The notes under the pieces were generated by a model. It did not search any database, was not told where the DNA came from, and saw nothing but the letters and a program-made list of their open reading frames with translations. Positions 8,496 to 18,431 of a DNA stretch of 64,000 nucleotides are shown in pieces (the first letter of the stretch is position 1; every line of letters starts with the position of its first letter). A program made the position numbers and the translations under genes. Source of the stretch: Thermoplasmatota archaeon (lineage in GTDB: Archaea; Thermoplasmatota; E2; JACPAO01; JAHFTW01); assembly GCA_041601615.1 (NCBI GenBank), contig JBFIHX010000005.1, positions 136,548 through 200,547 of the forward strand. The letters are read 5' to 3'.

Positions 8496-11400
8496 GCGAA
8501 CGGATGTCAAAAAAATCCTCATCATCGGCAGTGGACCCATCCAGATTGGCCAAGCCGCAGAGTTTGATTTCAGCGGCAGCCAAGCATGCCAATCGGCGCG
8601 CGAGGAAGGCTACGAAGTGGTCCTTGTCAATTCCAACCCCGCGACCATTCAAACGGACGTGGAAATGGCGGAATCGGTCTACGTCGAACCGCTCACCGCC
8701 GCGAGCCTCACGCAAATCATCGCCAAAGAGCGCCCCGACGGCGTGCTTGCCGGCATGGGCGGACAAACGGCCCTCAACCTCGTCTCGGAACTGGCCGAAC
8801 TTGGCGTGATGGAGAAGTACGGCGTACGCTTGCTCGGAACGCCCCTTGGCGCCATCGAAGACGCAGAGGACCGTGATCTTTTCAAGAAAGTCATGGAGCG
8901 CATCGGCGAGCCGGTGCCCAAGGCAACCGTGGCCAAGACCGTGGACGAATGCGTTCGCGTGGCGGAAGAAGAAATCGGCCGCTACCCAGTGCTCATCCGA
9001 CCCGCCTACACCCTCGGCGGACTCGGCGGAGGCGTCGCCCACGACCGCGAAGAGCTGCGAGAAGTGGCCGCGAAGGGCCTTGCCTACAGCCGCATCCACC
9101 AAGTGCTCATCGAAGAGAGCCTGCTCGGATGGCGCGAATACGAATACGAAGTGATGCGCGACGGAGTGGACAACTGCATCGTCGTGTGCAACATGGAAAA
9201 CCTCGACCCAATGGGTGTGCACACCGGCGAATCCATCGTCGTCGCCCCCAGCCAAACCCTCTCGGATCGCGACCACCAAATGCTGCGCGCCGCGAGCCTC
9301 AAGTGCATCCGTGCCCTGAAAATCGAGGGCGGCTGCAACGTCCAATTCGCCTTCGACCACAACACCGGCCAATACCGCGTCATCGAAGTCAATCCGCGTG
9401 TGTCGCGCAGCTCCGCGCTTGCAACCAAAGCCACGGGCTACCCGATTGCCCGTGTTGCCACCAAGATTGCGCTCGGGATGACCCTCGACGAAATCCCCAA
9501 CGCCATCACCGGCCAAACCGTGGCCGCTTTCGAGCCCAGCCTCGACTACGTCATCACCAAAATCCCGCGCTGGCCCTTCGACAAATTCCGCACCGTTGAT
9601 CCTCGACTCGGAACTCAGATGAAGAGCACCGGCGAGGTGATGAGCATCGGCCGCAACATCGAAGAGAGCCTCATGAAGGCAGTTCGCAGCCTCGAAGTGG
9701 ACGCCGACAGCCTCGACGCACCCACCGCTTGGTCCGACAGCAAACTAACCGAGCTGCTCGAAGTAGCCACCCACCTGCGCCTGTGGGCCGTTGCGGAGGC
9801 CCTTCGCCGTGGCTGGAGCGTGGAGAAAGTCTACGCCCTCTCCGGGTACGGACCGTTCTTCCTCCACAAAATCAAGAACGTGCTCGACGCCGAGGCCGCC
9901 TACAAAGCGGACCCCTCGGACGACAATCTACGCGCCGCCAAGCGCTTCGGCATCCCCGACACGCTCCTTGGCCGCGCCACGGGCCGCACGGAAGAATCGA
10001 TCCACAACCAGCGCCTCGCCGCCGGCATCGTGCCCGACTTCAAAATGGTCGACACCTGTGCGGCCGAATTCGAAGCCGTCACGCCCTACTACTACAGCAG
10101 CTACGATCCCATCGACGCCGGCGCGCACCTGCCTGCCGACCGCGACCCCGCCGACCGCCGCAAACGCTGCCTCGTGCTTGGCTCCGGGCCCATTCGCATC
10201 GGCCAAGGCATCGAATTCGACTACTGCTGCGTACACGCCGCCTGGGCCCTGCGCGAAGAAGGCACCGCCGCCATCATCCTCAACAACAACCCCGAAACCG
10301 TCTCCACGGACTTCGACACCAGCGACCGGCTGTACTTCGACCCCTTGACCCTCGAAGACGTCATGAACGTCATCGAACGCGAACGCCCCGACGGAGTGCT
10401 CGTGCAATTTGGCGGCCAAACCGCCATCAACCTCGCACTGCCACTAGAAGCGGCGCTCGCCGCCCGCCCGGACCTCCCCACGAAGATCTGGGGAACGCCT
10501 CCCTCGGCCATCGACTTGGCCGAAGACCGCGACAAGTTCAACCAACTCATGAACAAGCTCGGCGTCAAACAACCCGAAGCCGGCATCGCCCGCAGCGACG
10601 AAGAAGCCGTCGTCATCGCCAACCGCATCGGCTACCCCGCCCTCGTTCGCCCCAGCTACGTGCTCGGCGGTCGCGCCATGCAAGTCGTCCACAACGAAGC
10701 AGAACTCCGAGACTACGTGCGCGACGCCGTGCGCGTCAGCAAAAAACACCCACTCCTCGTGGACCGTTTCTTGTCGCGTGCCATCGAAATCGACGTGGAC
10801 GCAGTCTGCGACGGCACCGATGTGCTGGTGGGCGCCGTCATGGAACACGTCGAAGAAGCCGGAGTCCACTCAGGCGACTCCACGACGGTGATTCCGCCCC
10901 AAAACCTGCCCATCGACATCATCCAGCGCATCGAGCAACACACACGCGACATCGCGCTGGCACTCGGCACCCGAGGCCTCATCAACATCCAATTCGCAGT
11001 CAAGGACGGCGACATCTACATCATCGAAGCCAACCCCCGAAGCAGCCGCACCGTGCCCTACGTCGCCAAAGCCACCGGAATCCCGCTCGCCAAAATTGCT
11101 GCCAAAATCACCCTTGGCATGAGCCTCGCCGACCAAGGAGTCCCCACCCGGACCCCGACGCAGAAACTCCGACACGTCGCCGTCAAAGCACCCGTGTTCC
11201 CCTTCCTGAAGCTGCCCGGCGTAGACGCAGTGCTCGGCCCCGAAATGAAGAGCACCGGCGAAGTGATGGGCATCGCCATCGACTACCCAACCGCCTACGC
11301 CAAGGCGATGGAAGCCGCCGGCAACCCACTGCCCACCGAAGGCACCGTGTTCGTCTCCGTGACCAAGGAAGATCGCCCCCGCGTCCTCGGCATCGCCCGC

Positions 11401-11775
11401 CGCCTCGTCGCCGTCGGCTTCGACCTCGTGGCCACCGAAGGCACAGCCGCGGACCTTCGCGAAGCCGGCCTGCGCGTCACCACGGTCCACAAGCTCCACG
11501 AACGAAAGAGCCCCGACGCCATCGACCTCATCAAGACCGGCGGCATCCAACTCATCATCAACACCCCCAACGAACTCATGGAGAGCGCCCAGATGCGCGA
11601 CGGCTACCAGATGCGCCGCGCCGCAGTCGAAGGACAAGTGCCGTTTTTGGCCACCATCGAGGCCGCCGAGGCCGCCATGGAAGCGATCGTCGCAAAGAAG
11701 GCGCTGCACGGACGCTTCCCGGTCCAGAGCCTGCAAGAATACGCCCGCCGCTGGCAGCAGGTGCTCGATGCGTAA
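8488..11775 (+). CDS. carB: Carbamoyl-phosphate synthase large subunit
   Basis: [30 protein letters not shown], two ATP-grasp halves and a C-terminal MGS domain; GAGGTG SD before the ATG at 8488. Confidence 0.98.
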   Translation: MPKRTDVKKILIIGSGPIQIGQAAEFDFSGSQACQSAREEGYEVVLVNSNPATIQTDVEMAESVYVEPLTAASLTQIIAKERPDGVLAGMGGQTALNLVSELAELGVMEKYGVRLLGTPLGAIEDAEDRDLFKKVMERIGEPVPKATVAKTVDECVRVAEEEIGRYPVLIRPAYTLGGLGGGVAHDREELREVAAKGLAYSRIHQVLIEESLLGWREYEYEVMRDGVDNCIVVCNMENLDPMGVHTGESIVVAPSQTLSDRDHQMLRAASLKCIRALKIEGGCNVQFAFDHNTGQYRVIEVNPRVSRSSALATKATGYPIARVATKIALGMTLDEIPNAITGQTVAAFEPSLDYVITKIPRWPFDKFRTVDPRLGTQMKSTGEVMSIGRNIEESLMKAVRSLEVDADSLDAPTAWSDSKLTELLEVATHLRLWAVAEALRRGWSVEKVYALSGYGPFFLHKIKNVLDAEAAYKADPSDDNLRAAKRFGIPDTLLGRATGRTEESIHNQRLAAGIVPDFKMVDTCAAEFEAVTPYYYSSYDPIDAGAHLPADRDPADRRKRCLVLGSGPIRIGQGIEFDYCCVHAAWALREEGTAAIILNNNPETVSTDFDTSDRLYFDPLTLEDVMNVIERERPDGVLVQFGGQTAINLALPLEAALAARPDLPTKIWGTPPSAIDLAEDRDKFNQLMNKLGVKQPEAGIARSDEEAVVIANRIGYPALVRPSYVLGGRAMQVVHNEAELRDYVRDAVRVSKKHPLLVDRFLSRAIEIDVDAVCDGTDVLVGAVMEHVEEAGVHSGDSTTVIPPQNLPIDIIQRIEQHTRDIALALGTRGLINIQFAVKDGDIYIIEANPRSSRTVPYVAKATGIPLAKIAAKITLGMSLADQGVPTRTPTQKLRHVAVKAPVFPFLKLPGVDAVLGPEMKSTGEVMGIAIDYPTAYAKAMEAAGNPLPTEGTVFVSVTKEDRPRVLGIARRLVAVGFDLVATEGTAADLREAGLRVTTVHKLHERKSPDAIDLIKTGGIQLIINTPNELMESAQMRDGYQMRRAAVEGQVPFLATIEAAEAAMEAIVAKKALHGRFPVQSLQEYARRWQQVLDA

Positions 11776-12004
11776 GGACCTCGCAGCCATCGTCTGCTGC
11801 CCCGAGGACCGCGCCAAGCTCACCCTGGTCGCCACGAAACGGGACGAACACGAGGACGTACTGGAAGGCACACTCACCTGCACCCAGTGCGGCTTCGTCT
11901 ACCCCATCGAGGCCGGCATCCCCAACCTCCTGCCGCCCGAGTACCACCTCGACGCAGACGGCAAGCCGGCCCGCGCTGCACAGGCTCGACACGAAGAAGA
12001 GTAG
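11768..12004 (+). CDS. trm112: Methyltransferase activator, Trm112 family
   Basis: IVCCPED...[24 protein letters not shown] is the archaeal Trm112 pattern; overlaps the carB stop. Confidence 0.9.
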   Translation: MRKDLAAIVCCPEDRAKLTLVATKRDEHEDVLEGTLTCTQCGFVYPIEAGIPNLLPPEYHLDADGKPARAAQARHEEE

Positions 12005-12185
12005 GCCCCACAGGCCTGCCTGCCACTGTGCGCAAATAGGGCCCAAAATTGCGCTGTATAAGAGAGCCAACCGCCCTCCCAAACACGGGCAGCGGCTCCC
12101 AGAAACAGCAACAGCGGGGTCGCAACGCGCGCGCTACGAACCCTTTATCCAAAGCCGCGGCTTGACTTGGAAATACGGGATGGTC

Positions 12186-13316
12186 ATGGGCGAATCGGTC
12201 GCTTTGGGGAGCGGGAAGCAAGCCGGCAAAGAACCGGCAAAAACCTCGATTGAGGACGCAACGGGGGGAATCCTCCACAGCGACGACGGCCCCGCCCGCC
12301 GCGAGCACCACAAGGTCTTCGAGCCCGGCCAAGAGCCGCTTCTGGCACCCAACAAGGACCGCTTCGTTCTGTTTCCCATTAAGCACAACCGCATCTGGGA
12401 GATGTACAAGCAACAGGAAGCATCCTTCTGGACCGCCGAAGAAATCGACCTTGACCAGGACAAAAAGGACTGGGACGCGCTCGCCGACGGCGAACGCCAC
12501 TTCATCAAACACGTCCTCGCATTCTTTGCGGCCTCGGACGGCATCGTGCTCGAAAATCTCGCCGTGAACTTCATTCGTGAAGTGCAAATCCCCGAAGCAC
12601 GCTGCTTCTATGGCTTCCAGGCGATGATGGAAAACATCCACGCCGAAACCTACAGCCTCCTCATTGACACCTACATCTCGGACCCCAAAGACCGAGACTT
12701 CCTGTTCCACGCCATCGACAACATCCCAGCCGTCAAGAAAAAGGCGGACTGGGCCATGCGCTGGCTCACCAAGAAACGCGGCGCCACCTTCCCCGAGCGT
12801 CTCGTCGCCTTCGCCGCCGTCGAAGGCATCTTCTTCAGCGGCAGCTTCTGCGCCATCTTCTGGCTCAAAAAGCGCGGCCTCATGCCCGGCCTCACGTTCA
12901 GCAACGAACTCATCAGCCGCGACGAAGGCCTCCACTGTGAATTCGCCGCCGAACTACACGGCATGCTGCACAACCCTGCAGACCAACAAGCAATCACCTC
13001 CATGATTGCCGACGCCGTCGAAATCGAGAAGGAATTCATCACCGATGCGCTCCCCGTGGGCCTCATCGGCATGAACAACAAACTCATGGCCGACTACATC
13101 GAATACGTAGCCGACCGCCTCCTAGTCATGCTCGGTGTTCCCAAACTCTACGACACCAAGAACCCCTTCCCCTGGATGGAAATGATCAGCTTGCAAGGGA
13201 AGACCAACTTCTTCGAAAAGCGCGTCGGCGATTACCAGAAAGCCGGCGTCATGAGCGGGATCAAAGGCGAAGACAACGTCAAACAGACGCGGTTCTCGCT
13301 CGATGAGGACTTCTAA
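12186..13316 (+). CDS. nrdB: Class Ia ribonucleotide reductase beta (R2) subunit, eukaryote/Bacteroidetes-like type
   Basis: [35 protein letters not shown] (Tyr radical), [25 protein letters not shown] and C-terminal DEDF. Confidence 0.97.
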   Translation: MGESVALGSGKQAGKEPAKTSIEDATGGILHSDDGPARREHHKVFEPGQEPLLAPNKDRFVLFPIKHNRIWEMYKQQEASFWTAEEIDLDQDKKDWDALADGERHFIKHVLAFFAASDGIVLENLAVNFIREVQIPEARCFYGFQAMMENIHAETYSLLIDTYISDPKDRDFLFHAIDNIPAVKKKADWAMRWLTKKRGATFPERLVAFAAVEGIFFSGSFCAIFWLKKRGLMPGLTFSNELISRDEGLHCEFAAELHGMLHNPADQQAITSMIADAVEIEKEFITDALPVGLIGMNNKLMADYIEYVADRLLVMLGVPKLYDTKNPFPWMEMISLQGKTNFFEKRVGDYQKAGVMSGIKGEDNVKQTRFSLDEDF

Positions 13317-13426
13317 GGGTTCGGTGGGAAGGGGCGGGATTGAGCTGGTTCGGCCTTGATTGGGATTGTGGCTTGGGCGTTGGTTGGTTGCGGCTAGGTG
13401 AGGGCTAGCTTTTGGCTGCGATCCGG

Positions 13427-13462
13427 GTGTTATGCGGAAAACTCGTGAATAACGAGTTAGAC
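13427..13462 (+). other. Candidate attI-like or secondary integration site at the head of the cassette array
   Basis: GTTATGC...AACTCGT-GAATA-ACGAGTT-AGAC: a short inverted repeat ending in the core site GTTAGAC (13456-13462); no attC fold upstream. Confidence 0.45.
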
Positions 13463-14491
13463 TGCTGGCTAGCCTTTGGCGCGACTGACTAGCCGCGAAA
13501 TTTCGACAGCATAGAGGTTGAGCTTCTGGCGTTCGTGGGAGGCCAGGGTGCGAGAGTGGGCAGTGTGATTGCGAATGATTGCGAGTTCTCGCCATTTCAT
13601 AGCAAGCGAGTCAACATCGCCAAAATGTGCTTGAAAAATCTTCTTATTGTCTTTTCGCACAATGATCTTGTCTAAGTCTGTGAATTCTGTATATTCCAGG
13701 TAATTGCCTCGGCTCCCGTTGCTTTGCCACTTGGCTTCGGCTCTTTCGCGCACGTCCGCGGGGACTCTATGCTTCCACCAACCGGGGTCTGCCGATACCA
13801 GCATTTTAGCAACGAATTCTCGCATCATCCGTTCCAGATCACCGATAATCTCAGAATCCGCCCGCTCTGGCTCGGCGTTCAGTTTGGCTTCGACCCAATC
13901 GGCCGTAGCTGCTAATCTATGGAACGTCGTGGATGGGCGTGCGGCGCTGGCGGCTTCTGCCAATCGTCGTCGAAGGCTCGGGTAGGCGCGGGAACCCAAG
14001 TGGGGCTGACTCCGATTGGCAAGCTCTTGCGCTTCTTGCAAGAGGCCATCCCTCATCATTCGAGCGCGGTTGTCTTGCTCTGATTTGGCTTGCCTTTGAG
14101 CGTTTTGAACCAATGTTCGCACCACTCGTTTGCCGGTTGATTGACGAAATCCCAATGATTCAAACACAAACTCCCCCGCTCTTTGGAAAACCTGGTCTTC
14201 GAGTTGGTTCGGTGGCGTCACTCGAGCGTGGAGCCCCGTCTGATCATTCTCAATGTTACGGGCGCGGGCTGCGAGGCGTCCCCATGCATCGGATAGTTGG
14301 CCGCGAGGATTGCCTTCGCTCATGTGCCCATCGGAGCTGCCAAAGGCAAAGATATTGAAAAGATTCGGGCAGGTGAGAGGAGGTACCCGTGGTAACGTTT
14401 GGCACGGAACACATGGCTCTGCAAGAGCAGTCTAACAAATCACTCAAGCCGACTTCCCTCACTTTGTTCGGGAAGCGGCTTAGTTCAGTCG
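13457..14491 (+). mobile_element. Integron gene cassette 1 (HEPN gene in inverted orientation)
   Basis: Starts at G|TTAGACTGCT, the exact reverse complement of AGCAGTCTAAC at the start of its attC. Confidence 0.85.
13469..14323 (-). CDS. Swt1-like HEPN domain protein (putative RNase, defence-type)
   Basis: C-terminal domain LERMMREFV...WWKHRVP...YTEFTDLDKII...IRNHTAHSR with the RxxxxH HEPN motif; lower GC than its neighbours. Confidence 0.8.
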   Translation of the reverse strand: MSEGNPRGQLSDAWGRLAARARNIENDQTGLHARVTPPNQLEDQVFQRAGEFVFESLGFRQSTGKRVVRTLVQNAQRQAKSEQDNRARMMRDGLLQEAQELANRSQPHLGSRAYPSLRRRLAEAASAARPSTTFHRLAATADWVEAKLNAEPERADSEIIGDLERMMREFVAKMLVSADPGWWKHRVPADVRERAEAKWQSNGSRGNYLEYTEFTDLDKIIVRKDNKKIFQAHFGDVDSLAMKWRELAIIRNHTAHSRTLASHERQKLNLYAVEISRLVSRAKG

Positions 14492-14497
14492 TTCGGC
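14430..14497 (+). mobile_element. attC: attC recombination site 1 (68 bp)
   Basis: R'' GTCTAAC, 5-nt spacer, L'' ACTCAAGC (extra C), CG-A-CTTCCC/GGGAAG-CG stem (extra A), L' GCTTAGT, 6-nt spacer, R' GTTCGGC. Confidence 0.9.
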
Positions 14498-15413
14498 CGC
14501 CAATCAGGATCCTGTCTTTCGCTGTGAGTTTTCCATTCGTGCAAATGTATTAGGTGCGCTGGGGAAACCAGAGCCCAATTGGTTCGAGGTTGCCTGTCTA
14601 ATACGTGGGGGGCCGAGGGGGCATGGTTCATACGTGAATCAAGCGGGAGGCGGGCTACTTTAGCCCTGCACTAGCCTTCGCCGTCTGTTGAAGAATGTTT
14701 TTTGGAATTCTGCATTTTTGCGCCACTAGCTGCCGCCTTGCCGCATCGTATAGGGCAATGTTTATGGAATCCCTCTTGGCATCGAAAGCTTTAGCCTTTC
14801 TGGAGCACTGAACACGCATGGGTGTCAGCCGCGCGTTTTGCTCATCATCATTGGTTGTCGTGCTGGCATTTGCCGGATGCTTGTATGCACCAGAGTCAGT
14901 GGAGATTGAGTCCAAGGTCCTCGGGATTGAACAAAAATCCAGCGATGCGGGGACGCCCCAAGTCGCATTCAATATCACCATCCAAATCACCAATGTCGGA
15001 GACACGCGCTACGAACTGCAGATGCACGACTGGTTGTTCAAAACCGACGTCAACCTTACAGCATTCGTTGGGGGTTTTAAGCGACTGGATCAATTTGATG
15101 GCCAAGAAAATCCCAGAGTAATTGGTCCCGGAGAGTCAGCCACCTTTGTCCTCTATGCATTTCAACTTCATTCCACCACGGGCAATCTAACAGAGTTCAG
15201 CTTCCAGGGAGGCCCCTTTCAGCCGGTGTAAGTCTGCAAGCGCGCCCCAGAACATTGGGGTGACGGTCGGGAGCGGTTCTCGGCTCCGAACCGAGTTCGT
15301 CGCGGCAGAGGGGGAAGTTTAGAGGATTCCGGAACAAGGAGAAATTTAGTGGCCGCCGAACAAGGCACTCAACCCGGCCGCTCACTTCGAGAGCGACGGG
15401 TCAGTTCGAGTCG
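14492..15413 (+). mobile_element. Integron gene cassette 2 (lipoprotein gene)
   Basis: Starts at G|TTCGGCCGCCA, 11/12 complementary to TGGCCGCCGAAC at its own attC. Confidence 0.8.
14818..15231 (+). CDS. Lipoprotein with an Ig-like (DUF4352-like) domain
   Basis: LAFAGCL lipobox; FNITIQITNVG...IGPGESATFVLYAF beta-sandwich pattern. Confidence 0.7.
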   Translation: MGVSRAFCSSSLVVVLAFAGCLYAPESVEIESKVLGIEQKSSDAGTPQVAFNITIQITNVGDTRYELQMHDWLFKTDVNLTAFVGGFKRLDQFDGQENPRVIGPGESATFVLYAFQLHSTTGNLTEFSFQGGPFQPV

Positions 15414-15419
15414 TTTGAC
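15355..15419 (+). mobile_element. attC: attC recombination site 2 (65 bp, slightly degenerate)
   Basis: R'' GCCGAAC, 5-nt spacer, L'' ACTCAACC, CGCTC/GAGCG stem, L' GGTCAGT, 7-nt spacer, R' GTTTGAC. Confidence 0.75.
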
Positions 15420-15481
15420 CACCCCCCCGACCATCATCTCCCTCCACACCTGATTATGTATCTCCGCACCGAACCAATTCT

Positions 15482-16417
15482 GTGTGGCGGGCTCTCTTAC
15501 TGGCGATTTTGCTTGTTGGCGGGGCCAGCGCGCATGTGCCGTCTTTTGCTGATGGGGGCGGTTCGCCTGCCACTGCGTTTCATGTGGCTGATCCGGATCA
15601 ATCGCGTGTATTCTATGGTCAACTGGCCGCCGGCGCGGCGCATTGGTTTCAATTCGAGCGACAAGATGGGGATGCCATTGATGTGAGCGTGCACCTTCCT
15701 GCACGAGAGCCGGAGCGCCCGGCGTTATGGATTGTTGGTCCGGGAATGGAGGGGGAGGGGCCGCCACAAACGCCACCTGGTTTGGGTGGGCAGTTGGTGC
15801 CTCGTATGGATGACTTGGGCATTGAGCCGTTTACGCCGCTCGCTATGCGCGGCGTGGCGAACTGGAACGGTGTTGCTGGGGCCAACGGAACCTACTTTGT
15901 CGCCATCATTGCGGATGCGGATACGACGTACAGCGTGGCGATTGGTGCCGGGGAGTCGTTCACTGCTTTGGAGTGGCTTGCGATTCCTGTGCAGCGGCCA
16001 GCGATTATGGCTTGGGCGGGCATTCCTTGGCCGGTGGCGTTGTGGGGTGAAGTGCTCGCTGCAACGGCGGCGCTTGTGGTTGGGGTGCGCAAGAAATTGC
16101 CCTTGCAGCAAGTGATTGGGTTTGTTGCCGCTGCTGTGATTGCGGGGACTGCCTTTACGACTCTGGGCTTGGCGGTTCTGGCTGCGGTGCAGGGTGGCGT
16201 TTCGGCGGCTTTGATTGTGCCTTTGGTGTTTGCTGGCCTTGCTTTTGCCTTCGGATTTGGAGCGTATCGGGCTGTGCGCGCAGGAAGCGCTTGGGCAGGT
16301 CTTGCCTGGGCAGTGGCCGGGTTGGCGCTCTGGGCGGGCCTCATTGTGGGTCCGCTGGCGCTTGTGGTTTGGTCGTTTTGGCGGATGCGGTCCAACATAT
16401 CGCTTCATGCGACCTAG
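15482..16417 (+). CDS. Secreted/membrane protein: N-terminal beta domain (AHVP start) and 4-5 C-terminal TM helices
   Basis: Signal peptide ending ASA-HVP; EPFTP and IGAGESFTALEW motifs; hydrophobic C-terminal half. Confidence 0.75.
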   Translation: MWRALLLAILLVGGASAHVPSFADGGGSPATAFHVADPDQSRVFYGQLAAGAAHWFQFERQDGDAIDVSVHLPAREPERPALWIVGPGMEGEGPPQTPPGLGGQLVPRMDDLGIEPFTPLAMRGVANWNGVAGANGTYFVAIIADADTTYSVAIGAGESFTALEWLAIPVQRPAIMAWAGIPWPVALWGEVLAATAALVVGVRKKLPLQQVIGFVAAAVIAGTAFTTLGLAVLAAVQGGVSAALIVPLVFAGLAFAFGFGAYRAVRAGSAWAGLAWAVAGLALWAGLIVGPLALVVWSFWRMRSNISLHAT

Positions 16418-16443
16418 CTTCGCTTGGTGGTTCACCTCAGCGG

Positions 16444-17343
16444 TTACGCCGCACTCGCCACGGCCGTTCCGGGTGTCCCTCGTCGCGCCCAAATCATCGC
16501 CAACAAGCCTCCCGTGGCAAACATCACGAGCGAGTAGAAGGCGGGGGACAAGGCGGCGCTTGCGGAGTCCAGTTGCGTGGTGGCAAGGAGGATGCCGAAG
16601 GTGCCGTTTTGGAATCCGACTTCGATGACGATGGTGCGTCGTTGGGGGCCGTCGGTGAGTCGTCCAAGCAGCCACCCGGCGCTCATGGCGAGTACGTTGA
16701 GGGCGAGGGCGGCGGGTACGGTGATGGCGGCTTTGTCCCAGAATCCGACGCGGTTTTCGTAGATGGCACCGGCGACGACGATGGCGAGCACGGCGATGCC
16801 GGCGACGCGGAAGGGTAGGTCAGCGGCTGCCGCAAATTGGGGTCTCCAGCGCGCAACGAGGATGCCGGAGACGACGGGGATGGTGATGACCACGAGCACG
16901 AGGCCTGCCACGTTGAGGAAGGGGACCGTAGTTTGGATGCCGTCGCCGTACAATAGCGCGGAGGCGCCCCACATGACGAGCGGGGTCATGATGAGGGCGG
17001 TTAGGCTGGTGAGGGCGGTCAGTACGATGGAGAGCGCAGTGTCGCCTCGGCACAGGTGGGTTAGGACGTTGCTTGTGGCCCCACCGGGAAGTGCGCCTAA
17101 CAGCAGGAATCCGAGTGCGATGTCGCGTTCCATGCCGGTGGGGTGGAACAGGACGACGACCAGCACTGCCATCACTGGGAGCGCGAGCAATTGCCCAATG
17201 AGTCCCAAGATGAGGCCTCGTGGGCGAGCAGCCGCGACGCGGAATTGGCGCGCGGGGGTTGCCAGTCCCATGCCGAACATCAGCACGGCGAGCACAGCAG
17301 GCAGTACGACATCCGTTACGACGCTGGTTTCCAGTTCGGCCAC
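16444..17343 (-). CDS. Bile acid:sodium symporter (BASS/SBF) family transporter
   Basis: MFGMG, PGGATSN, GDTALS and EVGFQN motifs. Confidence 0.93.
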   Translation of the reverse strand: MAELETSVVTDVVLPAVLAVLMFGMGLATPARQFRVAAARPRGLILGLIGQLLALPVMAVLVVVLFHPTGMERDIALGFLLLGALPGGATSNVLTHLCRGDTALSIVLTALTSLTALIMTPLVMWGASALLYGDGIQTTVPFLNVAGLVLVVITIPVVSGILVARWRPQFAAAADLPFRVAGIAVLAIVVAGAIYENRVGFWDKAAITVPAALALNVLAMSAGWLLGRLTDGPQRRTIVIEVGFQNGTFGILLATTQLDSASAALSPAFYSLVMFATGGLLAMIWARRGTPGTAVASAA

Positions 17344-17451
17344 GACGAGGGGAGCGGGGGCCGCATACTAAAGGGGCTGTGGGGCCGTTGTTTTGCGGTG
17401 TCTCTTGGGGGACGCGAACCTTGAAACCTCGATGGGTTCTTTGTGCCGGTC

Positions 17452-18327
17452 ATGGTGCAAGCGGTTCGCATCACGCCGGCCTTGGCTGCATTGATGATTT
17501 TGGGTACCTTGGCGCCCGCTTCGGTTGCCGCTTCGGCGGCTCGCAGCGAGATGGAAATCGTTGATTTATATCTGGAGCAATTCGATACGTGGCGGGGCGC
17601 CGACGAGTATTGGACGACTTTGGTCCTTGATCGCTGCCTCCGGACGGGTGGAAATGAGGAATTGGCTAAGCTTCCGCCTGCTGCAAGCGTGGATGCCACG
17701 AACGATTTGATGTTCCAGCATGCGCGGTGGCACGGCGAGCATGGACGGTTGTTGGAGCCGATTTTTACGTGGTCGGATTCCGATTTATACGGCATTGAGT
17801 TCCTTGAGTATCACCGTGATTTGGTGGCCACGTTCCAAGATTGGCGCGTTGCACACGGATTCGAGGAACTCGTTGCGTGGGATCCGATGACGCCCATTCC
17901 AGAGGCATTTGCGTACCCTGTGGATGTGCCTTGTCGCGCCCGAGAGTCCGAGAACCCGGGCGTACCGCTTCCCTCATTTCTGACTGTGTCGGGGGGCAAC
18001 GAAACGTCTCCATTCTGGGGTTACACGGCGCTTTGCCAAATTCCTGACGCCAATCGATTGGGCAAAACCATCGAGGGCAGTTGGTACCATGCGGATGTCC
18101 ATTTGGCCATCGGCGGCGACATGGCGGATGCCGGCTTGACGCTGAGGGACCCCATTTTCTGGCCGTGGCACGTTCATGTTCAGGATATCTATGAGTCGTG
18201 GCTGGCTTGCGCTTCGTTGCCATTGGACGAAGCGGATCATCCAGAGGCGAAGGAGGCCCCTGGGCCCATGCTGCCGGTTCTTTTCCTGGTGCTCGTGTGG
18301 GTGGCGAGGCGCAGCAACCAGGCCTAG
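17452..18327 (+). CDS. Secreted tyrosinase-like (type-3 dicopper) protein with a C-terminal membrane anchor
   Basis: CuA-like HARWHGEH...FLEYHR; CuB HADVH...GGDM...DPIFWPWH; C-terminal APGP+TM+RR. Start uncertain (17443 or 17452). Confidence 0.8.
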   Translation: MVQAVRITPALAALMILGTLAPASVAASAARSEMEIVDLYLEQFDTWRGADEYWTTLVLDRCLRTGGNEELAKLPPAASVDATNDLMFQHARWHGEHGRLLEPIFTWSDSDLYGIEFLEYHRDLVATFQDWRVAHGFEELVAWDPMTPIPEAFAYPVDVPCRARESENPGVPLPSFLTVSGGNETSPFWGYTALCQIPDANRLGKTIEGSWYHADVHLAIGGDMADAGLTLRDPIFWPWHVHVQDIYESWLACASLPLDEADHPEAKEAPGPMLPVLFLVLVWVARRSNQA

Positions 18328-18431
18328 GGACATGAAGAAGCGGCGTGGGAACGGTTCGAGTCCGCCGAGCGGTGGCGGGACTGGGGTGTGGGTCTCCAAA
18401 TGATTATTCAGTACATGTGGCCGTTCCTGGC

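Noticed and set aside
9729-13316. 1195-aa ORF suggesting a long N-terminal extension on NrdB
   Set aside because: The upstream part is an Arg/Pro-rich shadow frame of carB and trm112; NrdB starts near 12180-12186.
15399-15433. GGTCAGTTCGAGTC...ACCA resembling a tRNA T-arm and 3' end
   Set aside because: No cloverleaf; better explained as the right arm of attC2.
18352-18382. GGTTCGAGTCC tRNA-like motif with a hairpin
   Set aside because: No D or anticodon arms or acceptor stem; probably an intergenic hairpin.
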